64,000 bases of DNA from Leptolyngbyaceae cyanobacterium (GTDB lineage Bacteria > Cyanobacteriota > Cyanobacteriia > Phormidesmidales > Phormidesmidaceae), in assembly GCA_965263355.1 (NCBI GenBank), contig CBDHHL010000056.1:832001-896000 (forward strand). The letters run 5' to 3'. Of this stretch, positions 1-11,238 are shown in pieces; position 1 is the first letter of the stretch; each line of letters opens with the position of its first letter. The notes under the pieces were generated by a model. The model saw only the letters and a list, made by a program, of their open reading frames with translations, had not been told where the DNA came from and ran no database searches. The position numbers and the translations under genes were made by a program.

Positions 1-3000
1 TGCAGCAGGTTCTACTGAACTTTCAGGGCTTTGGTTATCTGTGACAAAACCTGTGACGATACCGTCGTCCTCTAGATCGAGCAGGTCAAAATCAATGGCA
101 CTAACAGATGGTTCACTGAGTATGCTTAAATCCGGGTTGCTTTCGTTGGTATCAAAGGAACTACCACCCAAATCCAAATTAGGTTCCTGCGGATTGATAT
201 CTTGTTCGTCTGGATTGATGTCTCGCCCATCAGTTGCTTCAGAATTAACCTCCAATAAAATGTCGGTTTCGCCAAATAAAGCATCTAAATCACTATCCGA
301 TTCGGTAACAGCATCAACATTGTTACTCAACAGATTATCTAATTCAGTGTCTATACCTTCATCTTCATTCCCACTCAACAGGGCATCCAATTCTATATCT
401 GATGATGAGGCATCGGTTTGACGCTGCTCTTCTGTTTCAGATACTCCTCCATCTTCAGATACCTCATCCTCCAGCTCTAAATCCTCTACAGAGGCCCACA
501 CATCATATATTTCTGAATTTTCATCTGTCGGAGATTGAGTAAATGTAGCAATATCGTTGCCTGACTCACTCTGATCGAAATCGATCGAAGCAGCTGATGT
601 GGATGATGTCTCTATGGACTGCTCAGGGTCAGCCCATAGATCTGCAGATAAATCGTCTGAGCTACTTTGTGACGCTGCTGGATCAGCCATGTTTGAAGTG
701 CTGTCTATTTCCCAGAGATCCTCATTCAAAGAGTCGGATTCTCTTTCTACTGAGGCAACAGAGGATGAAGCATCATCCAAGGAAAAGAAATCATCAAACT
801 CAGAGCTTTGAGGATCGGTATCAGAGGTTCCTGCTGTTGCTGAGTCGCTAGCGTCAGTAAAGAAATACTCCGTAGATGCTACAGATTCAGAAGCTTGAAT
901 ACCACTCTCTGGAGTGTCCTCTAACAAATTTTCTAAATCTGGCTCATCAGAAGCTTGAATATCACTCTCTGGAGTGTCCTCTAACAAATTTTCTAAATCT
1001 GGCTCAATGGATAATATATCTGGCAACGCTAAATCGATCTCTGCAGACTCATCCCTGTTGATATTGTCTGAGGCGGTTAGCTCTTCAAGTTCACCCAAGT
1101 CACCCGATAGCTCAAGTTCACCTAAGTCACCTGATAGGTGTACCAGATTTTCGTCACCAGGGGCGGCGACTGGAACATTGTCTATACCCAGGTCACTAAA
1201 TAGATCATCAGCACTGTCAGTGTCGTCAGCAGTCGTTAAATCACCAAATAGGTCGTCATTAAATAGGTCGTCATTGGCACTGTCAGTGTCGCTATCAGAT
1301 AGTTCAAGTTCATCCAAGCCAGATAGGTCTACTAGATTTTCGTCACTAGGAGCAGCAACTGGAGCATTGTCTATACCCAGGTCATTAAATAGAGCATCAT
1401 CAGCACTGTCAGTGTCGTCAGCAGTCGTTAAATCACCAAATAGGTGGTCATTGGCACTGTCAATGTCGCTATCAGATAGTTCAAGTTCATCCAAGCCAGA
1501 TAGGTCTACTAGATTTTCGTCACTAGGAGCAGCAACTGGAGCATTGTCTATACCCAGGTCACTAAATAGAGCATCATCATCACTGTCAGTATCGCCAGCA
1601 GTCGTTAAATCACCAAATAGGTCATCATCAGCGCTGTTAGTATCGCTATCAAATAGGTCAAGTTCATCCAAGTCATCTGATAGGTCTACTAGATTTTCAT
1701 CACTAGGAGCAGCAACTGGAGCATTGTCTATACCCAGGTCGCTAAATAGATCATCAGCGCTGTCAGTGTCGCCAACAATCGCTAGATCACCAAATAGGTC
1801 ATCATCAGCCTTGTCATTTTTGCTAGTGATGGCCACGTCCCCGAATAAGCTCTCTACAGAAGAGTCAAAACTTTCAGATAATGAGGCTGAGGCATCCAAG
1901 CTTTTGGGAGCATCTGTCGGGTTAGTCTGATTGGCTAAATCGTTATCGAGAACGTCTAAATTGGTGTCGGCTGATGCTTGCTCCCCAAATAAATCATCTA
2001 CATCGGATGAATCGATAGGAATAGCTATGTCGTCAAATAAGCTATCGATAGAAGAATCAAGACTTTCATCAGATTGTGCACTGCCCACATTACCTGGAAC
2101 ATCGGTCTGACTATTGAGAGTCTCTAATTCACTATCAAAATTATCCAGAGGAGTATCAAACAACGATTCTGTAGTATCGACATCTGCGGTGTCGGTATCG
2201 CCAAACAGATCAGCCAGCTCATTACCTGATTCAAAATCATTAGAAGTGCTACCTAATTCTGATGCATCCTCGTTTAGTAAATCCTCAAAGTCAGGAGCAA
2301 TATCTATATCAAGGGACTCAGCTGGTGGAGTTCCTTCATTAAGAGGAATCTCTTCTTCCTGCCAGCCACTGTCAAGGGCATCGCCGCCGATTTCAAACAG
2401 GTCGGCTAAGCTCGTTAGCTCAGCAGCACCAACTTCTGGCCCAGACTGGGATGTCGTTGCATCGCTTAGGAGTTCATCCAAGGTGATGCCGTCGCTACTT
2501 TCTACAGGAGTTTCTAACTCTTCAATCGGCAAATTTGGTTCAAGCGTTGACAGCTCATTAGTATCGATAGACACATTACTGTCTGGTTCATGACTGGCAA
2601 ATAGGTTATCTATACCATCGTTGGCATCTACTATATTTCCTTGCTCTGCCAAGGTTCGCAGTGTTTCGGAGAGTAATATCTCAGGTTCACGACCGGCTAA
2701 AACTAAGTCCTGGGCTTTTTTGATTTCCTTAATCAAAACGGGAGCTAGGGTACGGTAGTCGTTGTTGCGATCGCACACTGCCCAGCGAGCATGCTTCACC
2801 AAATTCATCCAGGTTGGTAAATTAAACTGCTCTCCAAAACGTTCTAATAATCGACAACAGCCCTCCAGGGCGGCTCTACCATCGTCAGTGTCAGCCTGCT
2901 TGAACCGCGCCAGCATTTCTCTGAGAGCAGCCGATACATCACTGCTAAACACAAGCTTTAAAGCACTTTCCTCAACCAGACGTGGGGAAGGCACGGTCGA

Positions 3001-3474
3001 TACAGCAGCAGGAGCAACAACAGCTTCCCTAGGAGGCTGATTAGTATCTGCTACAGCCACTAGGCGCTCTAAGTGGTCCTGCAACTGCTGAAATACTGGT
3101 TCCACATCAGCCATGATGCTCTGTTCTTTGTCCTCAGTCAGACCAAATGGCCCCTGTAACTGTTCGAGCAGTTCTTGCAGTGCATCAAACACTTTCAAGA
3201 ACATAGACTCCAAAGAACGATCTACTTGAATCGGTGACTCTTTAAGTAGCTTAAAGTAATCCTCCATCCGGTGGGATGTGCGCTGCATACTCTCAATGCC
3301 TAGCATGGCGGCACCGCCTTTGACAGAGTGAGCAGCCCGAAACAGCTCGTTAGCCATTTCAGGATTGCCAATGGTTGCCTGGAGATTGAGCAACCCCTGC
3401 TCAATCGTATTGAGATGATCTTTGGCTTCTTCAATGAAGTAGCCCAATATACGCTGTTGTTGCTCAGGCACCAT
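1..3474 (-). CDS. cheA: CheA-type chemotaxis histidine kinase (PilL/HmpE-like), N-terminal Hpt domain plus long acidic linker; partial, runs off the left edge
   Basis: Absent from the ORF track. ATG at 3474 reads MVPEQQQRILGYFIEEAKDHLNTIEQGLLNLQ...ELFRAAHSVKGGAAMLG (Hpt motif). The frame was open and acidic wherever I spot-checked it (887-1006, 1501-1680). It lies directly downstream of the MCP gene. Confidence 0.9.
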   Translation of the reverse strand, partial: MVPEQQQRILGYFIEEAKDHLNTIEQGLLNLQATIGNPEMANELFRAAHSVKGGAAMLGIESMQRTSHRMEDYFKLLKESPIQVDRSLESMFLKVFDALQELLEQLQGPFGLTEDKEQSIMADVEPVFQQLQDHLERLVAVADTNQPPREAVVAPAAVSTVPSPRLVEESALKLVFSSDVSAALREMLARFKQADTDDGRAALEGCCRLLERFGEQFNLPTWMNLVKHARWAVCDRNNDYRTLAPVLIKEIKKAQDLVLAGREPEILLSETLRTLAEQGNIVDANDGIDNLFASHEPDSNVSIDTNELSTLEPNLPIEELETPVESSDGITLDELLSDATTSQSGPEVGAAELTSLADLFEIGGDALDSGWQEEEIPLNEGTPPAESLDIDIAPDFEDLLNEDASELGSTSNDFESGNELADLFGDTDTADVDTTESLFDTPLDNFDSELETLNSQTDVPGNVGSAQSDESLDSSIDSLFDDIAIPIDSSDVDDLFGEQASADTNLDVLDNDLANQTNPTDAPKSLDASASLSESFDSSVESLFGDVAITSKNDKADDDLFGDLAIVGDTDSADDLFSDLGIDNAPVAAPSDENLVDLSDDLDELDLFDSDTNSADDDLFGDLTTAGDTDSDDDALFSDLGIDNAPVAAPSDENLVDLSGLDELELSDSDIDSANDHLFGDLTTADDTDSADDALFNDLGIDNAPVAAPSDENLVDLSGLDELELSDSDTDSANDDLFNDDLFGDLTTADDTDSADDLFSDLGIDNVPVAAPGDENLVHLSGDLGELELSGDLGELEELTASDNINRDESAEIDLALPDILSIEPDLENLLEDTPESDIQASDEPDLENLLEDTPESGIQASESVASTEYFFTDASDSATAGTSDTDPQSSEFDDFFSLDDASSSVASVERESDSLNEDLWEIDSTSNMADPAASQSSSDDLSADLWADPEQSIETSSTSAASIDFDQSESGNDIATFTQSPTDENSEIYDVWASVEDLELEDEVSEDGGVSETEEQRQTDASSSDIELDALLSGNEDEGIDTELDNLLSNNVDAVTESDSDLDALFGETDILLEVNSEATDGRDINPDEQDINPQEPNLDLGGSSFDTNESNPDLSILSEPSVSAIDFDLLDLEDDGIVTGFVTDNQSPESSVEPAA
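887..1006 (-). repeat. 2 x 60 bp in-frame tandem repeat in cheA linker (EPDLENLLEDTPES(D/G)IQASD)
   Basis: 887-946 and 947-1006 differ at one base. Confidence 0.95.
1130..1810 (-). repeat. About 4 copies of a ~180 bp (~60 aa) acidic repeat in cheA linker
   Basis: Anchor agattttc(g/a)tcac at 1145, 1334, 1511, 1691 (spacings 189, 177, 180, all multiples of 3). Unit reads SDDLDELDLFDSDTNSADDDLFGDLTTAGDTDSDDDALFSDLGIDNAPVAAPSDENLVDL. Confidence 0.92.
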
Positions 3475-3535
3475 CACCCTCGTCTCCCTAGATGAAATCG
3501 AAAATTAGGCCAGTCCTTCTGTATGTGATACCAAA

Positions 3536-6454
3536 CTACTTCTTGTCACCCTCTACCTTAAAGCGCTCTACCGATGTCAGTAGATCTCGAGCTACACCTA
3601 CTAGATTTTGCAGAGAAGCCGACACCCGTTGAGACTCTTGAGATGTCTCTTGGGCAGTCAGTTCAACGGATTGCATAACCTGAGCAACAGCTCGTGATGT
3701 TTCAGTTTGCTCGACAGTATCAGCGGTAATGGAACGTACCAGTACGTCAATACGATTAGATACCTGAATGATATCCTCCAGGGATCGTTTTGCCTGTTCC
3801 GCTAAGCGAGTTCCCTCAATCACCTGCTGTGTACCTTCTTCCATCGCCGTCATTACACCGCTCGTCTCACCCTGGATTTGTAAAACGATTTGCTCGATTT
3901 CTTTTGAGGCCTTAGCGGCTCGATCAGCCAGCTGGCGCACCTCATCGGCCACAATCGCAAAGCCACGACCTGCTTCTCCAGCACGAGCTGCCTCGATACT
4001 GGCATTGAGAGCCAGCAGATTAGTTCGAGAAGCAATCTGAGAAATCAATGCCACAATCTTAGAAATTTCTTGGGAGGATTCAGCCAAACGCTTTACCTTG
4101 CGAGTGGTTTCAGCCACTGTCTCGCGAATTTCCAAGATACCGGCCACCGTACGTTCTACGGCTTCACCACCGCGTAATGCTGTCGCCGACGCTGAACGAG
4201 CAACTTCTTCAGCTTCCCTGGCACTGTCTGCCACTCGTTGAATTGACTCAGTCATCACCTGAACCGAATTTAAGGTAACTGCCAATTCCTCAGCTTGACG
4301 CAGCGCATCCGCCGATAGGCTGCGGGCAAACATTTCATTGTCTGAAGAGCTTTTGGTAACCTGCAAGGCTGCTGCACTTACCTGCTGCACAATTTCCCGT
4401 AAATTCTGAATGGTTAAGTTAAACGAATCGGCAACTGCGCCCAAAACATCAGCTGTCACCTCTGCCTGTACGGTCAAATCACCTCGAGCCGCTCCCTCTA
4501 CATCATCCAGTAGACGAATCACCTGGCGTTGTAAGTCCTCTTTAGCTTGTTCTTGTTCCTGTGCTTTACGCTGGGCCTCACTTGTCGTTGTCAGAATGAC
4601 CCGAGCCATTTGATTAAAGCCTACAGCCAACTGCCCCAAATCATCGCTGGAGTATGCTGTTGCCCGAGCATTAAGATCTCCTTGAGAAACTAAGTCAAAC
4701 TGCTGCTGCAGGTTATCAATTGAGCGCTTAGCCTGACGATCTATCAAAAAGCCTAAGCCCAAGACCGTTAATGCACTTGTAACAGCTGCAGTACATGCCA
4801 TGATCGGTGGATAAACATGAGCAATTAAATTGCGACTTTTTGGAGGCGTATCTTCTGGCAAACGACCTATGAGTACAAGGTTTACCCCAGCAACAGCTGC
4901 CATGGATACTAAAAATGTTGTCCCCGCCATAATCAAGCGTTTAGTTCCTAGAGGGAAGTTGTTTAAGGCACTAAACATGCCTTCGCTCTCTACCTCAGCG
5001 ACAACCGCAGGAGCTTCATCTCCTTGAGTAAAAGACGGGAGTTGGTCAGCAGTTTCAATACTGAAAATATCATCATCACCAATAATTGACTGATCCTCCT
5101 CCTCGACCAAACTAAACCCAGAACCACCACGAGTCATGGGATCTTCAGAAAATACCCCTTCAGAACTTGCAGCTGGTTCCGTGAATTCAGTAGAGCCTCC
5201 TTCAGAAAGATCAAATTCTGGTAAGCTGCCTAAATCGTCAAATTCATCAAACTCATCCAGAAAATCGATATCTCCACCTTGCTGGCTTTCTAAGCCTTCC
5301 ATCGTGTCTACACCTGGAAAGGTCTGCTCCCCAAATTCCTCCAGCTCATTATCGGCACCCTCCATGCCTGACAGCGTTGATGCTTCCCCAAATTCTTGAA
5401 AGCCTTCCGCAGGAGGCATAGCAGCAGTTTGCTCATCAGCCTCAGGCTCCATCATGAAGAGGGTTTTATCTTCAGGCTCCTCTAACAGATTTTGCCCAGC
5501 ATCTAGGCTTGAGCCAGCGTCTAAACTGACTTCCATGCCTGGGTTACCGACATCTGGAATGCTACCTGTTTCCAAGAAATCATCTACATCTGGAAAGTCA
5601 GCAAATTCATCTGAGCCAGCAGGAGCTGATGGAAAAGCTTCATCAAAATCGTCTTGATCAAATTGAGACAGATCTTGAGCTGATGCCCCATCACGTACAA
5701 CACTATCAAGAGTAATATCCTCTTCTTCTGAGGATTCAATTAGACCTTCTAAACTACTATCTGCGAATGGATCTAAAAGCTCGGCATTACCTAGCTCTCC
5801 ACCCACTGATAAGTTACTAATAGAAAAGGGGTCATCATCGTCTAGCTCATCTAAACTCAAGTTCTGACTACCAGCGGTACTCTCATAGTCGGCTGTGGCA
5901 TTAAAGGGGTCAGCCATCATAGCTGCATTGGACATATCGTAGCTATCATTGCTTGCTACGATATCTGGCCCAACGATTTTGAGGTCAGTGGATGGGTCGG
6001 TTGATGGTTCAGTCTGAAGACTAGAGCCATCCGCGTCTTCAAAGGACAAATCTAGCCCTGCACTCAAGTCGTCATCGTCATCCCCTTCTCCCATATCACC
6101 GTAGAGTTCAATAGAGTCAAATAAACCTTCTCCATTGATCTCATCTAAGCCATTGTCACTTGCCTGTACCTGGCCAACATCCATCTGCTCTGCATAGGTA
6201 AGACCATTGTTGGCGTAATTTACAAACTCAGGATCAGACGTTAAATCTAAAACAGACTTGTATTGAGTACGTGCTATATCGTACACGCTGAGCCCGTAGC
6301 AATAGATGTGACCCTTGAGCAGGAGCACATTTGGATCGCTCGGGTAGTTCTCCGCCAGTTGCTCAATAATGTCAGCAGCCTGTTCATAACTGCCTTGCAT
6401 GTATGCGCGTTCTGCAGCTTGATACGTTTGAGCGTAATCTATGCCCGATGCCAT
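3536..6454 (-). CDS. pilJ: Methyl-accepting chemotaxis protein (PilJ/HmpD-like): N-terminal TPR, acidic linker, 2 TM, HAMP, MA domain
   Basis: MA hairpin [40 protein letters not shown]-like N-terminus; operon context. Confidence 0.93.
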   Translation of the reverse strand: MASGIDYAQTYQAAERAYMQGSYEQAADIIEQLAENYPSDPNVLLLKGHIYCYGLSVYDIARTQYKSVLDLTSDPEFVNYANNGLTYAEQMDVGQVQASDNGLDEINGEGLFDSIELYGDMGEGDDDDDLSAGLDLSFEDADGSSLQTEPSTDPSTDLKIVGPDIVASNDSYDMSNAAMMADPFNATADYESTAGSQNLSLDELDDDDPFSISNLSVGGELGNAELLDPFADSSLEGLIESSEEEDITLDSVVRDGASAQDLSQFDQDDFDEAFPSAPAGSDEFADFPDVDDFLETGSIPDVGNPGMEVSLDAGSSLDAGQNLLEEPEDKTLFMMEPEADEQTAAMPPAEGFQEFGEASTLSGMEGADNELEEFGEQTFPGVDTMEGLESQQGGDIDFLDEFDEFDDLGSLPEFDLSEGGSTEFTEPAASSEGVFSEDPMTRGGSGFSLVEEEDQSIIGDDDIFSIETADQLPSFTQGDEAPAVVAEVESEGMFSALNNFPLGTKRLIMAGTTFLVSMAAVAGVNLVLIGRLPEDTPPKSRNLIAHVYPPIMACTAAVTSALTVLGLGFLIDRQAKRSIDNLQQQFDLVSQGDLNARATAYSSDDLGQLAVGFNQMARVILTTTSEAQRKAQEQEQAKEDLQRQVIRLLDDVEGAARGDLTVQAEVTADVLGAVADSFNLTIQNLREIVQQVSAAALQVTKSSSDNEMFARSLSADALRQAEELAVTLNSVQVMTESIQRVADSAREAEEVARSASATALRGGEAVERTVAGILEIRETVAETTRKVKRLAESSQEISKIVALISQIASRTNLLALNASIEAARAGEAGRGFAIVADEVRQLADRAAKASKEIEQIVLQIQGETSGVMTAMEEGTQQVIEGTRLAEQAKRSLEDIIQVSNRIDVLVRSITADTVEQTETSRAVAQVMQSVELTAQETSQESQRVSASLQNLVGVARDLLTSVERFKVEGDKK

Positions 6455-6504
6455 CTGTATTCTCCTGCCAGTCTAAACATCTCCATGTTGTCAAACCATC
6501 AAAA

Positions 6505-7035
6505 CTAAGCTACCCAACGCGCTGAGCGCAATATGGCAACGTGGTCTAGAAGGCGTAATGAGCGATCCGTATTGGCATCCAGTACCCATTCACCCCTGAG
6601 AAAAGGTGCCATTGTATCTGAATAGTCGCGAGACATTTTCATGCGCTCTGCGTCTAACCAGTCTGTACCAACTATCTGATTAACGGCTAAGCCTAACATA
6701 GTCCCCTGATGTTCGACAGCAATTACTGGAATTTCTGCTCTGTCAGTATTCATGGGTTGAGGATAACCAAGAAACTGACCCAAATCAGCCACCCAAATAA
6801 CACGCCCTTGCTCATTTAAGGTGCCAAGCAATAGTGGGGATACATTGGGGACAGGCGTAATCCGATCAGGAGGATTTTCAATAATCCTACGAATACCAAT
6901 GGCAGGTAAGGCAAATTCGTCATTGGAACCTATATAGAAGCGCAGATGGAGTTCTCCATCAGGCGTTTCAATTTTTTGTAGTTCAGGGTCTTGATCTTGC
7001 CCTACTCCGGTTTGAAAGTCTGGATTACCTACCAT
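6505..7035 (-). CDS. pilI: CheW-like coupling protein (PilI/HmpC)
   Basis: ITPVPNVSPLLLGTLNEQGRVIWVADL CheW motif; context. Confidence 0.9.
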   Translation of the reverse strand: MVGNPDFQTGVGQDQDPELQKIETPDGELHLRFYIGSNDEFALPAIGIRRIIENPPDRITPVPNVSPLLLGTLNEQGRVIWVADLGQFLGYPQPMNTDRAEIPVIAVEHQGTMLGLAVNQIVGTDWLDAERMKMSRDYSDTMAPFLRGEWVLDANTDRSLRLLDHVAILRSARWVA

Positions 7036-7067
7036 CGGCTCCTATAACCTCAAAAATCATTGGCATT

Positions 7068-7433
7068 TCAATCTCGTAGTAGCTGTTTAACGGTACCTAC
7101 TAGTTCCGTTGGCTGAAATGGCTTAGCAATGTAAGCATCAGCTCCTTGTTTCATACCCCAATAACGATCAAATTCTTCGCCTTTAGATGAACACAGTACA
7201 ACTGGTAAATTTTGGGTGGCTGGATCGGATTTAATTCGTCTGCAGACTTCATACCCATTCATACGTGGCATGACGATATCTAAAACGACCAAATCAGGTA
7301 AATCTCCCTGGATATGAGCTAATGCCTCAACACCATCACTAGCAACGGTAACTTTGAGACCATTACCTTTCAATAGGTCGATAATCATTTCTCGTTGAGC
7401 AACACTGTCTTCCACTACTAAAACCGTACTCAT
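7068..7433 (-). CDS. pilH: CheY-like response regulator (PilH/HmpB)
   Basis: Single receiver domain: VVEDS, DIVMPRMNG, KPF; context. Confidence 0.92.
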   Translation of the reverse strand: MSTVLVVEDSVAQREMIIDLLKGNGLKVTVASDGVEALAHIQGDLPDLVVLDIVMPRMNGYEVCRRIKSDPATQNLPVVLCSSKGEEFDRYWGMKQGADAYIAKPFQPTELVGTVKQLLRD

Positions 7434-7515
7434 AACCTGAATTTCGCCGTTTAAGACCGGTTCATATCTTGATTCAACTCATTATGCCCTTCCTAGGGGA
7501 AATAGCTAGTTGACT

Positions 7516-7524
7516 AGTATGCCC
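7516..7524 (-). promoter_or_regulatory. Candidate SigF/SigJ-type extended -10 element (J-box-like) GGGCATACT upstream of pilH/hmpB
   Basis: Resembles the GGGaAtacT motif known for the cyanobacterial motility sigma factor; correct strand, ~80 nt upstream of the ATG. Confidence 0.55.
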
Positions 7525-7707
7525 AGTTGGTTTTGACCTTCGAGGCCAAGCAGCGATTGGTTAGCTATTGAGTGCATAATGCACACCCTACCGCTTGTGC
7601 CTAATAAAATACCCGTACACGTCCAATTTATTAAACTTTTATCAAAATTCTTTTATTTGCTTAGCGTTCAACTAATTGACCATATATGCGAATGCATTGT
7701 TGATTGA

Positions 7708-8907
7708 TCACGGATGACTCCAGGTTTCAGGATTTAAGGTAGCCGATATTTCTTGCTCAAGTAATGTTTCCGGAGCAAGACGTTTAGGATTTCCTCGACC
7801 CACATATTTTTCTACTAAGGCTAGTAATTCCGGCTCACCAAAGGGTTTGGTTAGGTAGTCTGTAGCTCCAGCCATGTTGGCCTTCACTCGCTCAACAAAG
7901 CTGTCTTGCCCCGTCAGCATAATGATGGGCACCGATTGAAAGCATGGGGCTTGTCTTAACATTGCACATAGTTGATGGCCTTCTAGCTCAGGCATGGTGA
8001 CATCACAGAGGATGAGATCTGGCTTAAGGCTAAATAATAAGCTTAAAGCTTTAACCGGGTTAGAAATGGAGGTAACTTCATATCCATAGGCATCCAACAT
8101 TATTTCTATGGCTTGACGTACAGCTAAGGTATCGTCAATGCATACGATGCGAGGTACAGCATTGACAATGGATGAGCCTTTTCCTGTCTGGTTGGATGAT
8201 GACTGTGAGGGATGTAAAAGCTGAACTTGACCTTTTTGAATATGAGGGTATAGCTCATTTGCTACGCTAAAAATATTGCGATTCAAATAGCGTGAAATTT
8301 GAATGATAGGTGTTTTGCCGTTAGCCATTGTTAAAGGCGAAGGCAGGCTTAACGTTGTTTCTAGACGATAAGTATCTGCAAGCAGTGGACAATCGTAAAA
8401 TGAGTTGATATGAGGTTGTAGCTGTAACCAGCCATGTAGCTGTTGGATAACACGTTTGACTAGAGGGCCAATGTTAAAATCGGTTAATTGGGGACTTAGC
8501 ATGGCGTGAAACTGAAAAGAGAATCGTCCCTGATGCAAACTGATGACTTCGAACAGCGTTTCCTCGATCAGACGATAAAGGACAGAGCGAGCTTGTTGGG
8601 TAGTGAGGTGATTATTCTCTAATAGCCACCAGAGAGCCCCGTATTCGGGTGGTCTTAGGGGGGCTAAATTAGATAAATTAACATTTGCCCAATTGATGGA
8701 GAGCTGCAGCGGATGCAAAATGTCCCGTAGCCGTTCAATTTGTTCATCAGTGCGTCCGGCGTAGAGGATGCCGCCATTGGCAAAGAAAATAAGCCAAGAA
8801 TTGGTTTGTCCATCGAACGCCTCAATATAGAGTTCTCCGGTTTGCTGACCAATGTCAATCAGTTGAAAAATACTGCGAATATCCAGCTCGCTTAACTGGC
8901 CTTGCAT
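7708..8907 (-). CDS. pilG: PatA-type response regulator (PATAN + receiver; PilG/HmpA-like)
   Basis: N-terminal MQGQLSELDIRSIFQLI...TGELYIE (PATAN); C-terminal receiver CIDD...DVTMP...KPF. Confidence 0.88.
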   Translation of the reverse strand: MQGQLSELDIRSIFQLIDIGQQTGELYIEAFDGQTNSWLIFFANGGILYAGRTDEQIERLRDILHPLQLSINWANVNLSNLAPLRPPEYGALWWLLENNHLTTQQARSVLYRLIEETLFEVISLHQGRFSFQFHAMLSPQLTDFNIGPLVKRVIQQLHGWLQLQPHINSFYDCPLLADTYRLETTLSLPSPLTMANGKTPIIQISRYLNRNIFSVANELYPHIQKGQVQLLHPSQSSSNQTGKGSSIVNAVPRIVCIDDTLAVRQAIEIMLDAYGYEVTSISNPVKALSLLFSLKPDLILCDVTMPELEGHQLCAMLRQAPCFQSVPIIMLTGQDSFVERVKANMAGATDYLTKPFGEPELLALVEKYVGRGNPKRLAPETLLEQEISATLNPETWSHP

Positions 8908-9288
8908 AGATTTGTCCTAAGGAATTGGCACTTGGTAACTAGGTTGGCTACATTGATATACGGCATTAGCTACAATTATTAGCATTTAACAGTAGCTATA
9001 CTATTGCCATATAGGTTGACTATGGTTTTCAAGTAGTTTAGCTGCCGCTTAATAAGGTGACATCTTTTGCGTGAATGATATATGTTGAGGCCAATTTATT
9101 CTTTTACGTGAATATAGCAATGTATATGTTATGGACAAAGATACGAACCCATTAGGTAATGGCCTTTAGGCTATATGCTTTCGGAAAGTGTTCTATTGAG
9201 TTAAAGTTTTCCAGTCAACCCGGATACACTGATCAAGTGGCTTAATTTGGTGAATTGCTGGAAGATTTTAGGTAGCCTCACTTTATTT

Positions 9289-9297
9289 GGGTATAGT
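9289..9297 (+). promoter_or_regulatory. Candidate J-box-like element GGGTATAGT upstream of hmpF
   Basis: GGGnATAnT pattern, ~160 nt upstream of hmpF start. Confidence 0.4.
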
Positions 9298-9456
9298 CTT
9301 ACCTTTATAAGTACAGTGACACTATTGATTTTGCATCGATAGTTTGATAGATACAGTGCCTTAGGCCTTTATATTACTAACGAAACGAAACGTGGATATT
9401 GTGTAGGTAGGTAGCTGTTTCCGGTAGCTATTTGTATAGACTAAGGGGATGCCAGC

Positions 9457-11208
9457 GTGCGTTATTTGGCCGAAGTTCAGAGAAAGAGTGGTTTTATGGG
9501 TGGTAGTCGGGCTGAGTTTAAACTCTTGGCCTGTGAGCGCTCAGAGCAGAACTGGAGTGCTGTATCTGGAGATGAATTGGTACCAGCTCCGGATGATGCA
9601 AGCTATGGCGCTGGTGCCCTGATTTTGATTGAGCTTTCTAATGGTCGACAGGTTCAGCGGCATTACGATGCTGGACGTCAGCTGGTTAATATCCTGCAAA
9701 ATTTTTCTAGCCTTAACAAAAAATTTAAGACTCAGGAAGAGGAAATTGAGCAGTGGAAAGAATCCCTGACCTATCAGAGTCAGGCTCTTAATCAGCGTGA
9801 GCTGGAGTTAGATACCCGCGAAGATGAAGTAAAACAAGCGGCGGTCGAGTTATCTCAACTGGAGGAGCAGAAAGAGGAACTAGAGGAGCTGCGATCGCAG
9901 CTGAATGATCAGCGTCAGGATTATGAGCGTCGGAATTCTGAATTGGAGGGTGCTTGGGCCCATCTCAATGGGGAAAGGCAAAAACTGGAAGAGCATCGTG
10001 AGGTAGTGTCGTCTCAAGCAGGGCTAGATTCTACTCAAACTCAGAAACTAAAGGATGCTGTTGATCGATTAATGGCCAACGTAGCCCCCGTGGAGGATTT
10101 GCGTCAGCAACTGGTAAGTACTCGGGAGTCCTTGGGAGAACATCAGGGTATTTTGCAAGGATGGCAGCAATCTGGAACACAGCAGGATGAGCAGCTCCAG
10201 ACTAAGGCCCATGATTTAGACAGGTTTAATCAGTCTTTCCAGCAGCTGCATGAGGCGACTGATTCAGAGCAAACGATGCTCAGGGATTTGTGTATAGAAC
10301 TACAGCAAGCGAAGGTCGAGCTAGCTCAGAAAAAACAGCAAAATCAACTGGTATCTGAGCAGATCAATCAACAAAGTGGAGTGTATCAGCGGGTCTATGA
10401 GCTGCTAAATACCGGTGACCAGGTTCGTCTAGGGAAAAAAATTGATCTAACAAAGCTTGAAGAAATGTCTATTGAAGATCTTGAAGCTTTGTTGGCTGGG
10501 ATGGAGACGGATTTGGAAAAGATGTCTCGCTTTGTGAGTGATCAAGAAGAGGAATTGACGTATCAGCAGCAGGCTATTGATGAGCTGCAGCAAAAGGCAG
10601 ATGCAGCCAGTGAATATGATCGCATGCAGATTGAAGCAGATATTAGTGACGAGCAAGACCGTTACGATATGCTCAACAAGACTCTGGTAGGTCAGCGACG
10701 CACATTGCTTGAACGCGAGGAAGTGCTGAGTCAGCATCGAGCAGTTCTGTTACGACGGCAAGGACAGTCAACGGTCGATAGTCCTGTGGAAAATGCTGCT
10801 GATTTAGAGCCAGTGCTAGAACATATTGATCAAGTACGTCAGCAATTAACTCAGCAGTCAGCGGCCTTGGAACAGCTAATTGCCGAGCTGGAAGAACGGG
10901 CCAACACGCTACAGCAGCGGGTAGATGCTAAGCAGAAAGAGCTTGCTCAGCAGATTTCTAATCTGGAACAGGAGCGCTCAACGCTGGAACAAGCTGTCAA
11001 AGATTGGGCTAGTTTGGAGGGAGCAATCGCAACCCGCAATGATTATCTAGGTCCTGCCAACGAAAAAATGAATGCTGTCCAGCAAATGCTAGATAATGTC
11101 TTTGGTACGCTGGAGCGGTTTCAAGAGGTTAATGATTACCAGCTACAAGCTATTGCAGAGATGCAGCAAACCATTCAAAGCCTCTCAAGCGAGCCAGCTG
11201 CTGCATAG
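9457..11208 (+). CDS. hmpF: Pilus motility/taxis coiled-coil protein HmpF
   Basis: N-terminus MRYLAEVQRKSGFMGG...LKLLAC typical of HmpF; long coiled coil; divergent from the hmp/pil cluster. Confidence 0.88.
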   Translation: MRYLAEVQRKSGFMGGSRAEFKLLACERSEQNWSAVSGDELVPAPDDASYGAGALILIELSNGRQVQRHYDAGRQLVNILQNFSSLNKKFKTQEEEIEQWKESLTYQSQALNQRELELDTREDEVKQAAVELSQLEEQKEELEELRSQLNDQRQDYERRNSELEGAWAHLNGERQKLEEHREVVSSQAGLDSTQTQKLKDAVDRLMANVAPVEDLRQQLVSTRESLGEHQGILQGWQQSGTQQDEQLQTKAHDLDRFNQSFQQLHEATDSEQTMLRDLCIELQQAKVELAQKKQQNQLVSEQINQQSGVYQRVYELLNTGDQVRLGKKIDLTKLEEMSIEDLEALLAGMETDLEKMSRFVSDQEEELTYQQQAIDELQQKADAASEYDRMQIEADISDEQDRYDMLNKTLVGQRRTLLEREEVLSQHRAVLLRRQGQSTVDSPVENAADLEPVLEHIDQVRQQLTQQSAALEQLIAELEERANTLQQRVDAKQKELAQQISNLEQERSTLEQAVKDWASLEGAIATRNDYLGPANEKMNAVQQMLDNVFGTLERFQEVNDYQLQAIAEMQQTIQSLSSEPAAA

Positions 11209-11238
11209 GTCCTTTTCGCCCGCACCATTTTGAGTTTT

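Noticed and set aside
41..3040. Ser-rich plus-strand ORFs (41-421, 974-1930, 2114-2593 and others)
   Set aside because: Antisense shadows of the acidic, repetitive cheA frame on the minus strand
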